Below the pieces are notes generated by a model. That model was given only the letters and a program-made list of their open reading frames with translations. It did not search any database and was not told the origin of the DNA. The position numbers and the translations under genes were made by a program. A stretch of 24,801 bases of DNA from an uncultured virus (IMG/VR IMGVR_UViG_3300025769_000082) (lineage: Duplodnaviria > Heunggongvirae > Uroviricota > Caudoviricetes), in IMG/VR virus record IMGVR_UViG_3300025769_000082. One strand, 5' to 3'. Of this stretch, positions 6,421-15,918 are shown in pieces; positions within the stretch are counted from its first letter, which is position 1; the number at the start of each line of letters is the position of its first letter.

Positions 6421-8754
6421 TCAATCGAAAGGATTTGGCATCTGCGCCCGGGAAACAACCACAACACCCTGACCCGAGCGCCCCGTCGGTGTCTTCCAGC
6501 CCAGATCGCCGGTATCCAATTCGCCCCTCTCGCGCATCCGCTCCATGACCAATTCGATCTCGTCCAAACGATAGACCTGTGCCCGGTGAACCCGAGCCTT
6601 ACACCACGCCGGGAGCCACTTGTCGTGACCGGCTTTCTTGGAGAACGACAGCGCGTGTTTCTTGTCTTCGGCCAATATGATCCCGTCTTCGATAATGCCT
6701 TCGATCTCGGTCTCGGCTTCTGTCTTGCCTGTGATCGGGTCGATTTCCCCGGCAGTGACTTGGCGCACTACCTTGAAAGCCCCCTTGTCCCATTCCAAGA
6801 TTTTGTCTGTCTCTGAGCCTGACGCCGAATAGTTGGACTTGACCCGAGACAAGCGCCTCAAGTTGTTTCGGCCCCCTAAAACCCCTGACGGATCGTTGTC
6901 GTCCATCGAAGAAAGATACCACCTACTCCTGACAGAGTTGTTCCAAGCAGTTGAACCTGAGAAACCTTGCCCGGAGGACTTACCGGCTTGAGACGGGTGG
7001 GCTAGGAACAAGACGGAGCCATTTATGTCTTGGGCGAGACCCAAGAGCGCCCGTTGCACAAACTGTCTGACTTCCAGCCGAGACACTTCGTTGCCGCCGA
7101 ATACATCAGCCAGCGTGTCCAAAACAATTACATCCGCTTTCATCGCAACAGCCGCGTCTCGGAGGTTTACCCAGAAATCCGTGAGAGTTCCGATGCCGGA
7201 GCCGTCAAACGTCATCAATAAGTTATCTTCGCCTTCGCGGCACATATAGGCCAGCGTGTCTTTGTCTGGCCCGTCCCATGTATTCATGTCCAAGACATAG
7301 TGGTTGTTAATGTCATCCTGACGCCGCCAGATTTCATCCGCGTCGTCTTCACACAGCACCGCCAGTACCCGGGACTTCTGAGTTTTCTCGCCGAGCCAAT
7401 CGCCACCAACAGAGAGACAGGTCGCCAACATTTGCGCGACCAGTGTCTTACCCAAGCCCCCGTCTCCATACAGAGACGTGACCTTGCCTTTGGGCAGCCA
7501 ATCTTCCACCACCCACTCACGCTGCGGAGGGGTCTTACCTGACCATTCGCCGGGGCGGGTGATAACCAGCCCCCCGGTGGACTTGTGGACACGCTCTGTC
7601 TCGGCGGCGTCTTCAATGTCTTGTATGACACTTTCGGGCACCCCACAGAGAACATCCCACTTGTCTACCAACCTGTCATATTGTAGCGGGTCCAAAACCT
7701 GTAAATGCGCCAACCAGCCCCGATGCGCCTCAATGGTTTCCCTGTCTTTCCATGTCTGCGCGATCTCAAAGGGCCAGCGGTTATTCTCGTCAAACTCATG
7801 CACCATCTGAGCCCACTCGACAGACTTCTTTGAGCCGGGCAATTTGGCGTCAATGTGGTCGATCAGGTCGCCGTAGTGGCGTTGCTCACAGTGCCCGTGG
7901 TGGCACCTAAACCCGAACGGAGACAGATACGCCGCGCCGCTATCAGCCGCGCCGGTATGCTCATGCACCCAAGGGCACTCGATGTCGTAGGTGTCGGGTT
8001 TGATCTTGCCTTTGAAAATCCCGACCTGAGACAGTAGGGGCACAATCGGGTCTTTGTCTTCGTCGATCCCGGAACCGTACTTAGACGTCTTGGCTGAGAC
8101 ATTCGTCACGTCGATCCCAAAGGGCCGGGCCAAATCTTCCAGCCGGTGTTTCAAATCCGGTTCCCATTTCGTGAGTTTACACTTGAAGGGTTTGCCGTAT
8201 TTCTTTTTGGTGTTTGACCCGACAGGCAGCCGAACATATCGGGTGACGCCTTTCATGCCGGGGTCTTTCATGTCATCAGCGATCCCAGCAGCAACCAGCC
8301 CATTTAAGAGCGCGTCTACCCGTTCTTGCCGTGTCTCCGGTGTCTCAAGGATGAAGCCCCATTGCTCGTTACCCGACGACGTCTCCAAGATATAACTCGG
8401 CTCTGGTAGGTTTTTGATATTCTCCGCCGGGACTTTGTCGTGAACGTCATCAATGGTTATCACATACGTTGCGTCGTGGAGGTCTTTGCGGCGGCGGGCT
8501 TTGCCGTCTTCCGCCAGTTCAAACAGGGAGATCACAAAATATGTGTTCCGATCCCCGAGACAGTACGGAAGTTGTGTCTTCGCGGGGCCGCCGCCCCAGT
8601 AGTGCCTGAGACCCAGATTATCCAGATCATACGGGTCTTCTTTGAAACTCGTAACGTGGGCCCGTTCCCATTCGTTACCGAAGATGCCTTTGAGGAAGTC
8701 TTCGTTCGTGAGATCGACCCGCTTCGCCATTGTTACCACGTTTTCACCGCCCAT
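6421..8754 (-). CDS. Primase-helicase (RepB-like primase domain, Zn module, AAA_25/RepA-type helicase)
   Basis: TIDDV and ETSSGNEQW primase motifs; CPWVHEH...CHHGHC; Walker A GDGGLGKT; Walker B IVLDT; LAHPS. Start uncertain (8754, 8730 or 8796). Confidence 0.88.
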   Translation of the reverse strand: MGGENVVTMAKRVDLTNEDFLKGIFGNEWERAHVTSFKEDPYDLDNLGLRHYWGGGPAKTQLPYCLGDRNTYFVISLFELAEDGKARRRKDLHDATYVITIDDVHDKVPAENIKNLPEPSYILETSSGNEQWGFILETPETRQERVDALLNGLVAAGIADDMKDPGMKGVTRYVRLPVGSNTKKKYGKPFKCKLTKWEPDLKHRLEDLARPFGIDVTNVSAKTSKYGSGIDEDKDPIVPLLSQVGIFKGKIKPDTYDIECPWVHEHTGAADSGAAYLSPFGFRCHHGHCEQRHYGDLIDHIDAKLPGSKKSVEWAQMVHEFDENNRWPFEIAQTWKDRETIEAHRGWLAHLQVLDPLQYDRLVDKWDVLCGVPESVIQDIEDAAETERVHKSTGGLVITRPGEWSGKTPPQREWVVEDWLPKGKVTSLYGDGGLGKTLVAQMLATCLSVGGDWLGEKTQKSRVLAVLCEDDADEIWRRQDDINNHYVLDMNTWDGPDKDTLAYMCREGEDNLLMTFDGSGIGTLTDFWVNLRDAAVAMKADVIVLDTLADVFGGNEVSRLEVRQFVQRALLGLAQDINGSVLFLAHPSQAGKSSGQGFSGSTAWNNSVRSRWYLSSMDDNDPSGVLGGRNNLRRLSRVKSNYSASGSETDKILEWDKGAFKVVRQVTAGEIDPITGKTEAETEIEGIIEDGIILAEDKKHALSFSKKAGHDKWLPAWCKARVHRAQVYRLDEIELVMERMRERGELDTGDLGWKTPTGRSGQGVVVVSRAQMPNPFD

Positions 8755-8755
8755 T

Positions 8756-8827
8756 TCACGCCCCCAAAAATGATAAGTTTTGAGGGTTGTCGCCAACAGT
8801 CGGTGAGGGTATATTTAGGCCGGGCAT
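8756..8827 (-). CDS. 23-aa leader ORF upstream of the primase-helicase
   Basis: AAAGGAACC RBS precedes ATG 8827; MPGLNIPSPTVGDNPQNLSFLGA; stop lies 1 nt before ATG 8754. Confidence 0.45.
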   Translation of the reverse strand: MPGLNIPSPTVGDNPQNLSFLGA

Positions 8828-8897
8828 TGGAGGTTCCTTTCATTGTCTTTCGAGTGTTTTGAGGCCCGGGGAGTGGTTCCCCCGGGCCTCTTGCCGT

Positions 8898-9110
8898 TTA
8901 AGCGAAGGGTTTTAAGAGTAATGTCTTTAAGTGTTTGGCGCAATAGCCGACAGGGCCGACAAAGACGTAGAGCCTTCGCCCCAGTTCCCGCAGAAGTCTG
9001 CCAATAGGGCCCACAGAAGGTGTGCCCCCGAGAAATTTAATTTCCTCGACCAAACAATAATCCAGCGATCCGTCGTCGTAGCGGGTCCAGATAGCGACAG
9101 GTTTTTTCAT
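8898..9110 (-). CDS. Hypothetical protein (70 aa)
   Basis: ATG 9110 overlaps the upstream stop (TGATG); fills the operon gap. Confidence 0.5.
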   Translation of the reverse strand: MKKPVAIWTRYDDGSLDYCLVEEIKFLGGTPSVGPIGRLLRELGRRLYVFVGPVGYCAKHLKTLLLKPFA

Positions 9111-9328
9111 CACTTGTGCCCCACAGAATAACTCTCGGCGACCATTGATCCGAAAATCCCGGTGTCTTTGCATGATCCGCAGATGCGTTGCCCGATCCAT
9201 TCACTAAAGAAACTCCGGCGGCACTTGAGACATATCCGTGTCTTGGCTTGTCCCGAATAGTCCCTCTCGGGTTTGGGCTTCTTCTTGTCTTCGTATGGGT
9301 CTCGGGGTGTCTTAAATACATTTCTCAT
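9110..9328 (-). CDS. Small CxxC...CxxC zinc-finger protein
   Basis: CLKC-x13-CGSC; starts 3 nt after the polymerase stop. Confidence 0.75.
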   Translation of the reverse strand: MRNVFKTPRDPYEDKKKPKPERDYSGQAKTRICLKCRRSFFSEWIGQRICGSCKDTGIFGSMVAESYSVGHK

Positions 9329-9331
9329 GTG

Positions 9332-11275
9332 TTATTTCCTATATCTGGTCCCGACCCAGCCTTCGCAGTCGGTTGGGAGACCGTCTGCCCAAGCCGGGTT
9401 GATACGGATGATGTCTTTGATGTTTTTTAGGTGGTCGATGTCTGCGTCTGTCTCGACGATCAGTTCGTCATGCACAGTCAGCAAAATCCTGTACCCGGCT
9501 TTGTCGAGACGCAGCAGCGCGGCGATCATCAGGTCTCGGGCGATAGCCTGAGTGATGTTCTCGACGAGTTTCCCGCCCCATGTGTCTTGGCGTTCCCATT
9601 TCCGGGTGTACTGGTTGACCCCCATATAAGTAACTCTGGGCCGGTTCTTCTCGTCGTGTTCGATCTGAGCCTCTCGGTAAACCAGATACCGCCCCGATGG
9701 CAGCCGACAGACCAGATTGCTCCCCATCATGGCGTAATCGACCTTGCCGACGTTGTAGATTTTGGGCCGGAGAGCGTTGCGTTTGCTTTCGATGGCCTTG
9801 ATGGCAGCTTCTTGGCAGTCGTACCAAAACCCCACGATGTAGGGGTTGGCTTTACGCCAGCCCGAGACCACTTCGGCGGCAAACTCTGTCTCCAAGGTGA
9901 GACCGTACCCCAGCGCCGTCTCGACGAATTTGTTCGCTCCCATGCCGTAGCCGAGACCGAGACGACAGACTTTGCCCAAGGCGCGGTTGTCCGATCCGAT
10001 CTGAGTGGCGTCGTAGACATACACGTCTTCACCGTTGGCGAAGACATTCAAGATGTCTTGCTGGTCAGCTTCCCACGCCAACACTCTCGCTTCGATCTGC
10101 GAGAAATCGACCACAGTTAGCGACATATTGTTAGGCGCGGCCAGACACCCCCTGAGACACGAAGACACGACAGACATAACCGGCCCGAACGTGAGTTCGA
10201 TCATGTCGGCGTCCACCCCTCTGAGCATCCAGCTAATCGCGCGGTCCACATCTTTGATCTCGCCGCGCGGCATGTTCTGGGGTTGGATCAGTCTGCCCGC
10301 GTGTCTCCCGGTCCTAAAAGCGCCGTAGTATTGAAGCATCCCACGGACCCGAGACCCCTCGCCGACACAGTTGAGCATGGCGGTCAGTTTGGCAGTTGAA
10401 GACTTGGCCGCGATCTGGCGCAGTTCTACAGCGCGTCTCGCCGCCCCGGTCAAATGTGGCGACTTTAAGGCTTTCGCCATGTTTGCCTTATCAAGAGAGT
10501 TCACCCCCGGATAACTCTTGCGAACAAAATCCAAGAGTTTGCCCACCTGAGAACAGGTCGTGACTTCGCCATCAGTGATTTGAGCCATCCGGGCGTCGAG
10601 TTTCTTCTTAGACGCGTCGGCGTACCGAGACATGGCGGTCACTAGGTCTTGGTCTAGGAACACCCCCCGGTCGTTGAGGCGTTGGTCTACCTGATAGACT
10701 TTTACTTCCTCGGGCGGCAGCGGTGGGATTTGATAACAAATACCCCGCTCCGCTTCGACGTCTTGGGCACAGTAATCTTGGAGACGGGCGTATCGCTGCG
10801 GATCGTCCAAGTGCCACCATTCATGTGTGCCGTCTTTGTTTGTCTTACGGGGCCGAGACATGCGGAGCATTAACGAGTGCCCCTCTTTGTCTTTTGGGGG
10901 CCCGCCCAGTGCGTCTGATGCCATGTCCAACGACAGCGGCAGCCCCCAATAGGCAGCTTGCGCCATCGTGCAGACGAATTGCTCGGGTTTGATGTCGGGC
11001 CAGTTGTGTTTCGGGCCCAAGACATATTTCCAGATCAACCGCTCAAACTGCGCGTTCCAAGCGGCGACTTTGCCGCCAGCCTGGACATGCGCGATGATCT
11101 CGTCGGGGACCGGCATGGACGGGAGCCAGCCACGGACTTTGCCCGTCTCGCCAAAGGCACAGAAAGCCATGATGCAATCCGTGTCTTTGTCTTGAGCGTA
11201 CCGGTAGGCTCCCGTCTTGTTGAGGTCGAGAACGGCGACCGTCTCGACATCCAAGTGCAACAGTGTCTCCGTCAT
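9332..11275 (-). CDS. Family A DNA polymerase (APSE-like) with 3'-5' exonuclease domain
   Basis: LDVET, WNAQFE and YCAQDV exonuclease motifs; motif A DFSQIEAR; motif B RALGKVCRLGLGYG; motif C VHDE. Start reassigned to MTETLL. Confidence 0.95.
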   Translation of the reverse strand: MTETLLHLDVETVAVLDLNKTGAYRYAQDKDTDCIMAFCAFGETGKVRGWLPSMPVPDEIIAHVQAGGKVAAWNAQFERLIWKYVLGPKHNWPDIKPEQFVCTMAQAAYWGLPLSLDMASDALGGPPKDKEGHSLMLRMSRPRKTNKDGTHEWWHLDDPQRYARLQDYCAQDVEAERGICYQIPPLPPEEVKVYQVDQRLNDRGVFLDQDLVTAMSRYADASKKKLDARMAQITDGEVTTCSQVGKLLDFVRKSYPGVNSLDKANMAKALKSPHLTGAARRAVELRQIAAKSSTAKLTAMLNCVGEGSRVRGMLQYYGAFRTGRHAGRLIQPQNMPRGEIKDVDRAISWMLRGVDADMIELTFGPVMSVVSSCLRGCLAAPNNMSLTVVDFSQIEARVLAWEADQQDILNVFANGEDVYVYDATQIGSDNRALGKVCRLGLGYGMGANKFVETALGYGLTLETEFAAEVVSGWRKANPYIVGFWYDCQEAAIKAIESKRNALRPKIYNVGKVDYAMMGSNLVCRLPSGRYLVYREAQIEHDEKNRPRVTYMGVNQYTRKWERQDTWGGKLVENITQAIARDLMIAALLRLDKAGYRILLTVHDELIVETDADIDHLKNIKDIIRINPAWADGLPTDCEGWVGTRYRK

Positions 11276-11279
11276 GGGA

Positions 11280-11504
11280 CTACAGTGGGAGTTCGAGTTG
11301 CTCGGCGGGCGTCTCGGCACCCTCTTTCTTGTCTTCCAAGACAGTCGTCACAAAATTCAGTTCCAACATGAGAAACTGGGCGTAATCCCGTAACGTCGGG
11401 GTTATGTTGGCAGTGGGAAGATCGTTGATGTGGGCCAACCGGGCCTTGAGCCAGCGAGACAAGAGTTCGAGTTCTTCGATGGAAAATTCGTTTTCGTCAG
11501 ACAT
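11280..11504 (-). CDS. Hypothetical protein (74 aa)
   Basis: AAAGGAAACC RBS; in operon; ends in QLELPL, which resembles a beta-clamp-binding motif. Confidence 0.7.
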   Translation of the reverse strand: MSDENEFSIEELELLSRWLKARLAHINDLPTANITPTLRDYAQFLMLELNFVTTVLEDKKEGAETPAEQLELPL

Positions 11505-11591
11505 TTTGGTTTCCTTTGTTTTCGAGTGTTTGCCGGTATTCCCGACACGCCATACAAAAAATATATGACGTGCCGGGAAAGTTCCAGAGAC

Positions 11592-12164
11592 TTAGCTATC
11601 GAACGGATCGGCGCTATCGGTTTCGATTTCTGCGTCCGGGTTGGGATCAGCCTCGTCGAGAGCGTCGAAGTCGCTAGACGCAGCGCGTTTGCCGTCGAGA
11701 CGCGGCATGTCTTTCTTCACGATCTGGATGTTTTGCAGACCGAACGAGACACCACGGTTGCCCGAGTTGTCGTAGGCGAAGGGACGCACAGTTGCGCGAA
11801 CCAGTTGCCCCGGGAAGACGTCGTCAGCGGCAAGCACGTCTTGGAGACGCCCGTCAACGATACCCGGCTTCTGTTTCGACCACGGATTGATGTAGATCAT
11901 CCCGTCTTCATAACCGGCGTAGTCTTTCTCGCCAGCGTCACGGAACGGAGAGCGCAAGCCCGACGGGACTTTGTCGCCCCACTTTTCTTTGACGCAAGCG
12001 TTCACAGCGGCTTTGAGGGCCTTGTACTCGGGAGAGTTCTGCGCCTCTTTGTCGAACAGGATGTTCATCGAAAAGCGCGGTTCTGCCCCCGGGGACGGAG
12101 CCCGAGCGGTGAACAGGTGGACGAAAGAGGACATGCCAACAGGGGTGCGAAGTGTGTCAGCCAT
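11592..12164 (-). CDS. Single-stranded DNA-binding protein (DUF2815/gp2.5-like)
   Basis: SFVHLF, SPFRDAGEK, NRGVSFGLQNIQ, acidic C-terminal tail; canonical position between nuclease and PolA. Confidence 0.9.
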   Translation of the reverse strand: MADTLRTPVGMSSFVHLFTARAPSPGAEPRFSMNILFDKEAQNSPEYKALKAAVNACVKEKWGDKVPSGLRSPFRDAGEKDYAGYEDGMIYINPWSKQKPGIVDGRLQDVLAADDVFPGQLVRATVRPFAYDNSGNRGVSFGLQNIQIVKKDMPRLDGKRAASSDFDALDEADPNPDAEIETDSADPFDS

Positions 12165-12203
12165 TTTCTACGTTTCCTTTCTACGTTTGGCTAGAAGTTG
12201 GTC

Positions 12204-13412
12204 TTAATCGACCGGGTCAAAATCCGATGCGGGCCCAGCCGCAGCGGCTTGTCTCGGGTCCAGTTCTCGGACGAGAGTGGTCCCGCTACTGTCTTTTGAG
12301 ATATGATCCGTCAGTGTCTCGAAAGCCTCTTTGTCTTTGAGGAGTTTTTCGATCTGGGCCGGAGACTTGAGTTTCACAGAGACCGCTTTGTCTTCCGGTA
12401 GCCCCATGTCTTCCAGTTTTCCCAACACTAACTTTTCATTATCCCACTTTCGGATGCCGCGCTTCTGCACCAGTTTCCAGCCCGGGACTTTACCGCCCCG
12501 GTCAATTCGGCTGGATGCTTCGCCGCGAACACCGTCTATGAACGCCCGAATGATCTCCGTCTTGTCGAGGATAGCCCCGAGTTCGGCGTCAGATAAATCG
12601 ACCGGTTGAGGCGGCAGCGCGTCAAACTCGACCCGTGCCGTCTCTTGCGCGACCTGTCTCAAGGCCGGGCACCGCCCCCGAGCCGGGCACCAGCGGCACC
12701 CGTCTCCGACGACGGCTTTGGGGTTGCCCGAGAAACAAGCCTCGGCCCCCGGTTTCAGTGTCTCATGTCCCCAAGCAAGCAAATCCAAGGTGGAAATACT
12801 GGCCTTGCGGATCGGACCCAATGGGTGATCCGCTCGGGGTTGGCAGACATAAACGTCCACCCAGAGGGGTCGGGCGTCTCCGTCTTTGATCGACAGTAAG
12901 ACACCCAGAGCGTAATAGAGAAGTTGAGGGTTGAGTTTCCCCAGCTTCTCCACGTCAACAGCGACCCCCTTCCCATATTTGAAATCCACAATGCTGAGAC
13001 GGCGATCTTTCGTGCCCCAAGCTGCGAAATCAGAAGTGCCGAACATGTCGGCGGGTTGGGAGCCGTCGGCCCACAGGTCGTTGACGTCTACCTGTTTCTC
13101 GACTTCACAGAATTTGGCGGCTTTACCAATCTCGCGGCAAAGTTCCAGATAAACGAAGGCGGCGTCTGCCATTTCCTCGTCTACTTCGATGGGGCCGAGT
13201 TCCGACTGAAATTCATCCCCGATGTACGAATACGGGTCATCGTCCTGGATGAAACACATTTCAGTCAGCGCGTGGGCGGCTTGGCCTTCCGCAGCATATG
13301 TTGACGTTGCGGATTGCTGCCCCGCCGACAGCAAGACACTGGCGGGACACTCTAGCCACCTTTCGGCACTAGAGGCCCCCAGTATGGAGTGGGCGGGGCG
13401 ATCCTGAGACAT
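12204..13412 (-). CDS. DUF2800 Cas4-like PD-(D/E)XK exonuclease
   Basis: HSILGASSAERWLECP, GTSD, IVDFKYGKG, QLLYYA, CRWCPARGRC (four Cys in total); TAATG overlap sets the start at 13412. Confidence 0.9.
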   Translation of the reverse strand: MSQDRPAHSILGASSAERWLECPASVLLSAGQQSATSTYAAEGQAAHALTEMCFIQDDDPYSYIGDEFQSELGPIEVDEEMADAAFVYLELCREIGKAAKFCEVEKQVDVNDLWADGSQPADMFGTSDFAAWGTKDRRLSIVDFKYGKGVAVDVEKLGKLNPQLLYYALGVLLSIKDGDARPLWVDVYVCQPRADHPLGPIRKASISTLDLLAWGHETLKPGAEACFSGNPKAVVGDGCRWCPARGRCPALRQVAQETARVEFDALPPQPVDLSDAELGAILDKTEIIRAFIDGVRGEASSRIDRGGKVPGWKLVQKRGIRKWDNEKLVLGKLEDMGLPEDKAVSVKLKSPAQIEKLLKDKEAFETLTDHISKDSSGTTLVRELDPRQAAAAGPASDFDPVD

Positions 13413-13927
13413 TACGCCACCCCACAATCCACAGCGATCTTACGCGCCGCTTTCAACAAATCAGGCCCGTTCGACGGGTCGATGTCGGCGAAACGCTGGA
13501 CGTCGTACTTTTTGACCAGCGCCATGACGGCAGCTTTCCCGTCGTCTTGCCCGTAGCACTCGGAAAGAAGTTCCAGCGCAGCATCGAAATCGGCTTTTGG
13601 GCTATCGCCGTCTTCCGTGTCTCCGGTGTCTTCGTCTTCCGGTTCCTCTGTCTCGGGTTCTTCCTCGACTTCCGGCTCTGGCTCGGGTTCTTCTTTCTTC
13701 GCCTTCTTCGGCGCGGCTTTTTTCTTCTCCGGTTTCGTTTCCGGTTCCGCTTTGTTGTCCACGATCACACACTCCATGCCCTCGGGCAGTTGCGCGTTGA
13801 TGGCGGTCAGCATTGCGTCCACAGACACGGGGCCCGCCTCTGGCGAAGACATAGCAGTTGCGACTTCGGCCATTTTAGCCAACAGGTCGGTAGCGTTGTT
13901 CGCAACAATCTTAACTTCCACAGTCAT
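13412..13927 (-). CDS. Conserved phage replication-module protein with an acidic/Pro/Lys linker
   Basis: AAAGGAACC RBS; C-terminal ALVKKYDVQRFADI helical module typical of genes preceding DUF2800. Confidence 0.75.
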   Translation of the reverse strand: MTVEVKIVANNATDLLAKMAEVATAMSSPEAGPVSVDAMLTAINAQLPEGMECVIVDNKAEPETKPEKKKAAPKKAKKEEPEPEPEVEEEPETEEPEDEDTGDTEDGDSPKADFDAALELLSECYGQDDGKAAVMALVKKYDVQRFADIDPSNGPDLLKAARKIAVDCGVA

Positions 13928-13943
13928 TCCATCTGGTTCCTTT

Positions 13944-15329
13944 CTATCCAAACAGTTCGGTGAGTTCCCGGGTCTTGCGAACCAAGGCCCGGTTGATGAT
14001 GTCGTCGATTGAGTTGGGTAGGGTCAGAAACCGAGCGACGACGCCCCGGGTCTGGGTAAATCGGTGGGCCCGAGACAGGGCTTGATAGTTGTTTGACGGC
14101 ACCCAATCGGCCTCGAAAAACGCGACGTCTGATGCAGCGGTCAGCGTGAGCGCAGTTCCCGCCGCCGCAATCTGTCCAACAATTAACTTGCAATTCGGGT
14201 CTTTCATAAATACTTGTTCCGCCCGATCCCTGTCTTTAGCAGTGTCTCGCCCGTCGATCTTAACCGGGTTGAACGCCGCCATGTGTTCGACTATCTTGTC
14301 GATCACTTCATGGTGGATGGCGAACACGATGTATTTGTTTCCCGACGCCATCTCCGTCTTTAACCATTCGAGACAAACGGGCAGTTTTAAAAGGCCAGTA
14401 TGACGGCGATATGTGGCTAATTCGGTCGCATGTGATTTCATAAAATCAACGAGGTCGTTCTCGGACATGTTCTCGGCAGCGTCGGCCAAGTGTTTCGCGT
14501 CTGAGTGCGACGACAGCGCCTTATTCATGTCTTCGCCGTCCATTTCCTTGAGAGACACCGGCACAGACGTAACCGTCACGGGCGGCAAGTCTTTCAGAAC
14601 ATCTTTCTTGAGACGACGCATATAAAACCCGGCCATCCGGCGACGCAGTTCTTTCATGTCTTTTGAACCGACGACGTTGACGCCCCAGTTGGTCACTTCG
14701 ACCCGGCAATAGTTCCCGATGTATTCTTGTTCGCCCATTGGCTTGCCCGAGACACCCGGGATTGCTTGCGGGTACAGCGCCCGCAAATGGGTCCAGAGTT
14801 CCCCGGCGTGGTTGGGGGCGGGCGTACCCGTCAATATCCAAGTGCGTTTGGCTTTCGCGGCGAGGGATTTCCCCTTTAAGTCACAGCGGGTGCCGTACAC
14901 AGCCTTGGTACGCTTCGCGCCTTTGGATTTCAGAAAGTGCGCCTCGTCAACGATCAGGACGTCCCAATCGTGATTAAACAGCGTGTCGAGGGTGCCCGCA
15001 TCTGTCAGCAAATCGTGAGATACAATCACGACAGCTTTGTTCGCGATTTTGATCGGCGCGGGGAGCCCTGTCTTGAGTTTCGAGGTAACTACGAATGTAG
15101 TAGCGTTCGCATCGAACCAGCGCCGGGTCTCCCGCTCCCAGTTGTACCGGGCGACCGCAGGGCAAACGACGAGGATAGATTTCGCGTCTACGTCTTTCGC
15201 AGCGGTCAGTGATTGTGGGGTCTTCCCGAGGCCGCAGTCATCAAATAAACCGGCGCGGTCGTTCGAGGCTAAAAAAGATGCCCCTTCGACTTGATACGGT
15301 CTGAGGGGCGGAGTTACAGGGAGGTTCAT
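13944..15329 (-). CDS. SNF2-family (HARP-like) helicase
   Basis: LRPYQ, DDCGLGKT, DEAH, LTGTP, QALSRAHR. Confidence 0.93.
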   Translation of the reverse strand: MNLPVTPPLRPYQVEGASFLASNDRAGLFDDCGLGKTPQSLTAAKDVDAKSILVVCPAVARYNWERETRRWFDANATTFVVTSKLKTGLPAPIKIANKAVVIVSHDLLTDAGTLDTLFNHDWDVLIVDEAHFLKSKGAKRTKAVYGTRCDLKGKSLAAKAKRTWILTGTPAPNHAGELWTHLRALYPQAIPGVSGKPMGEQEYIGNYCRVEVTNWGVNVVGSKDMKELRRRMAGFYMRRLKKDVLKDLPPVTVTSVPVSLKEMDGEDMNKALSSHSDAKHLADAAENMSENDLVDFMKSHATELATYRRHTGLLKLPVCLEWLKTEMASGNKYIVFAIHHEVIDKIVEHMAAFNPVKIDGRDTAKDRDRAEQVFMKDPNCKLIVGQIAAAGTALTLTAASDVAFFEADWVPSNNYQALSRAHRFTQTRGVVARFLTLPNSIDDIINRALVRKTRELTELFG

Positions 15330-15393
15330 CAAGAGAGTTCCGGTTAGCGTTTCTACAGTTCTACGAGAGCGCCGATGAAGGGCGTCTGATCGT

Positions 15394-15422
15394 TAAATAG
15401 TACAGGTTGTTATGTTTGACAA
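15394..15422 (-). promoter_or_regulatory. Promoter-like element for the replication genes with an operator in the spacer
   Basis: Minus strand TTGTCA-17 nt-TATTTA; dyad AGTAC-AGGTT-GTTAT at 15399-15413; same layout as the leftward switch promoter. Confidence 0.5.
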
Positions 15423-15917
15423 TCATTTTTTGTCGTGTTCAGTAATTTTGTTGGCCGCCATAGCCAACAAACAAGCGTCGGCGCGACCGTCATCCTTTTT
15501 ACGGGCGAACAAATCTGCCTGAGACGGGAATAATTTTGCTGCCAGCGCCCGGGACGCATCTTTGCCTTGCCCGACACGAACGAGTTTTTTCCACTCTTGA
15601 GGTCGCATCGTATCGAACGGGATACCGACCCCGGCCAAGACGCCAGTGCAAATCCCGAAACTCATTCCAAAAGTGAACGTACTCGCCACCCCCTGTTTGG
15701 GCATGGAGTTCACCTGTTCGACCAGCGCGAAGACATCGCGGGTCAGATACCAGCCCCGGAGAATGTCAGCGAAGACGGGCTCCATGACACGGTTGCGGTT
15801 CTTGCCCGAGACACGCATCGTCGCCACCGGCATGTCTCGGACTTCCACTTTCTGTGTCTTGGGGTCGTAGAGCGCAATCGCCCCTGAGACCCCGGGGTCG
15901 ATACCTATAAAAAACAT
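15423..15917 (-). CDS. RuvC-like Holliday junction resolvase
   Basis: IGIDPG, VEQV, FTFG, PQEWKK, DDGRADA. Confidence 0.9.
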   Translation of the reverse strand: MFFIGIDPGVSGAIALYDPKTQKVEVRDMPVATMRVSGKNRNRVMEPVFADILRGWYLTRDVFALVEQVNSMPKQGVASTFTFGMSFGICTGVLAGVGIPFDTMRPQEWKKLVRVGQGKDASRALAAKLFPSQADLFARKKDDGRADACLLAMAANKITEHDKK

Positions 15918-15918
15918 C

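Noticed and set aside
12204..13412. Cas4-like gene as evidence of a CRISPR-Cas system
   Set aside because: It is the usual DUF2800 nuclease in the nuclease-SSB-PolA phage replication module.
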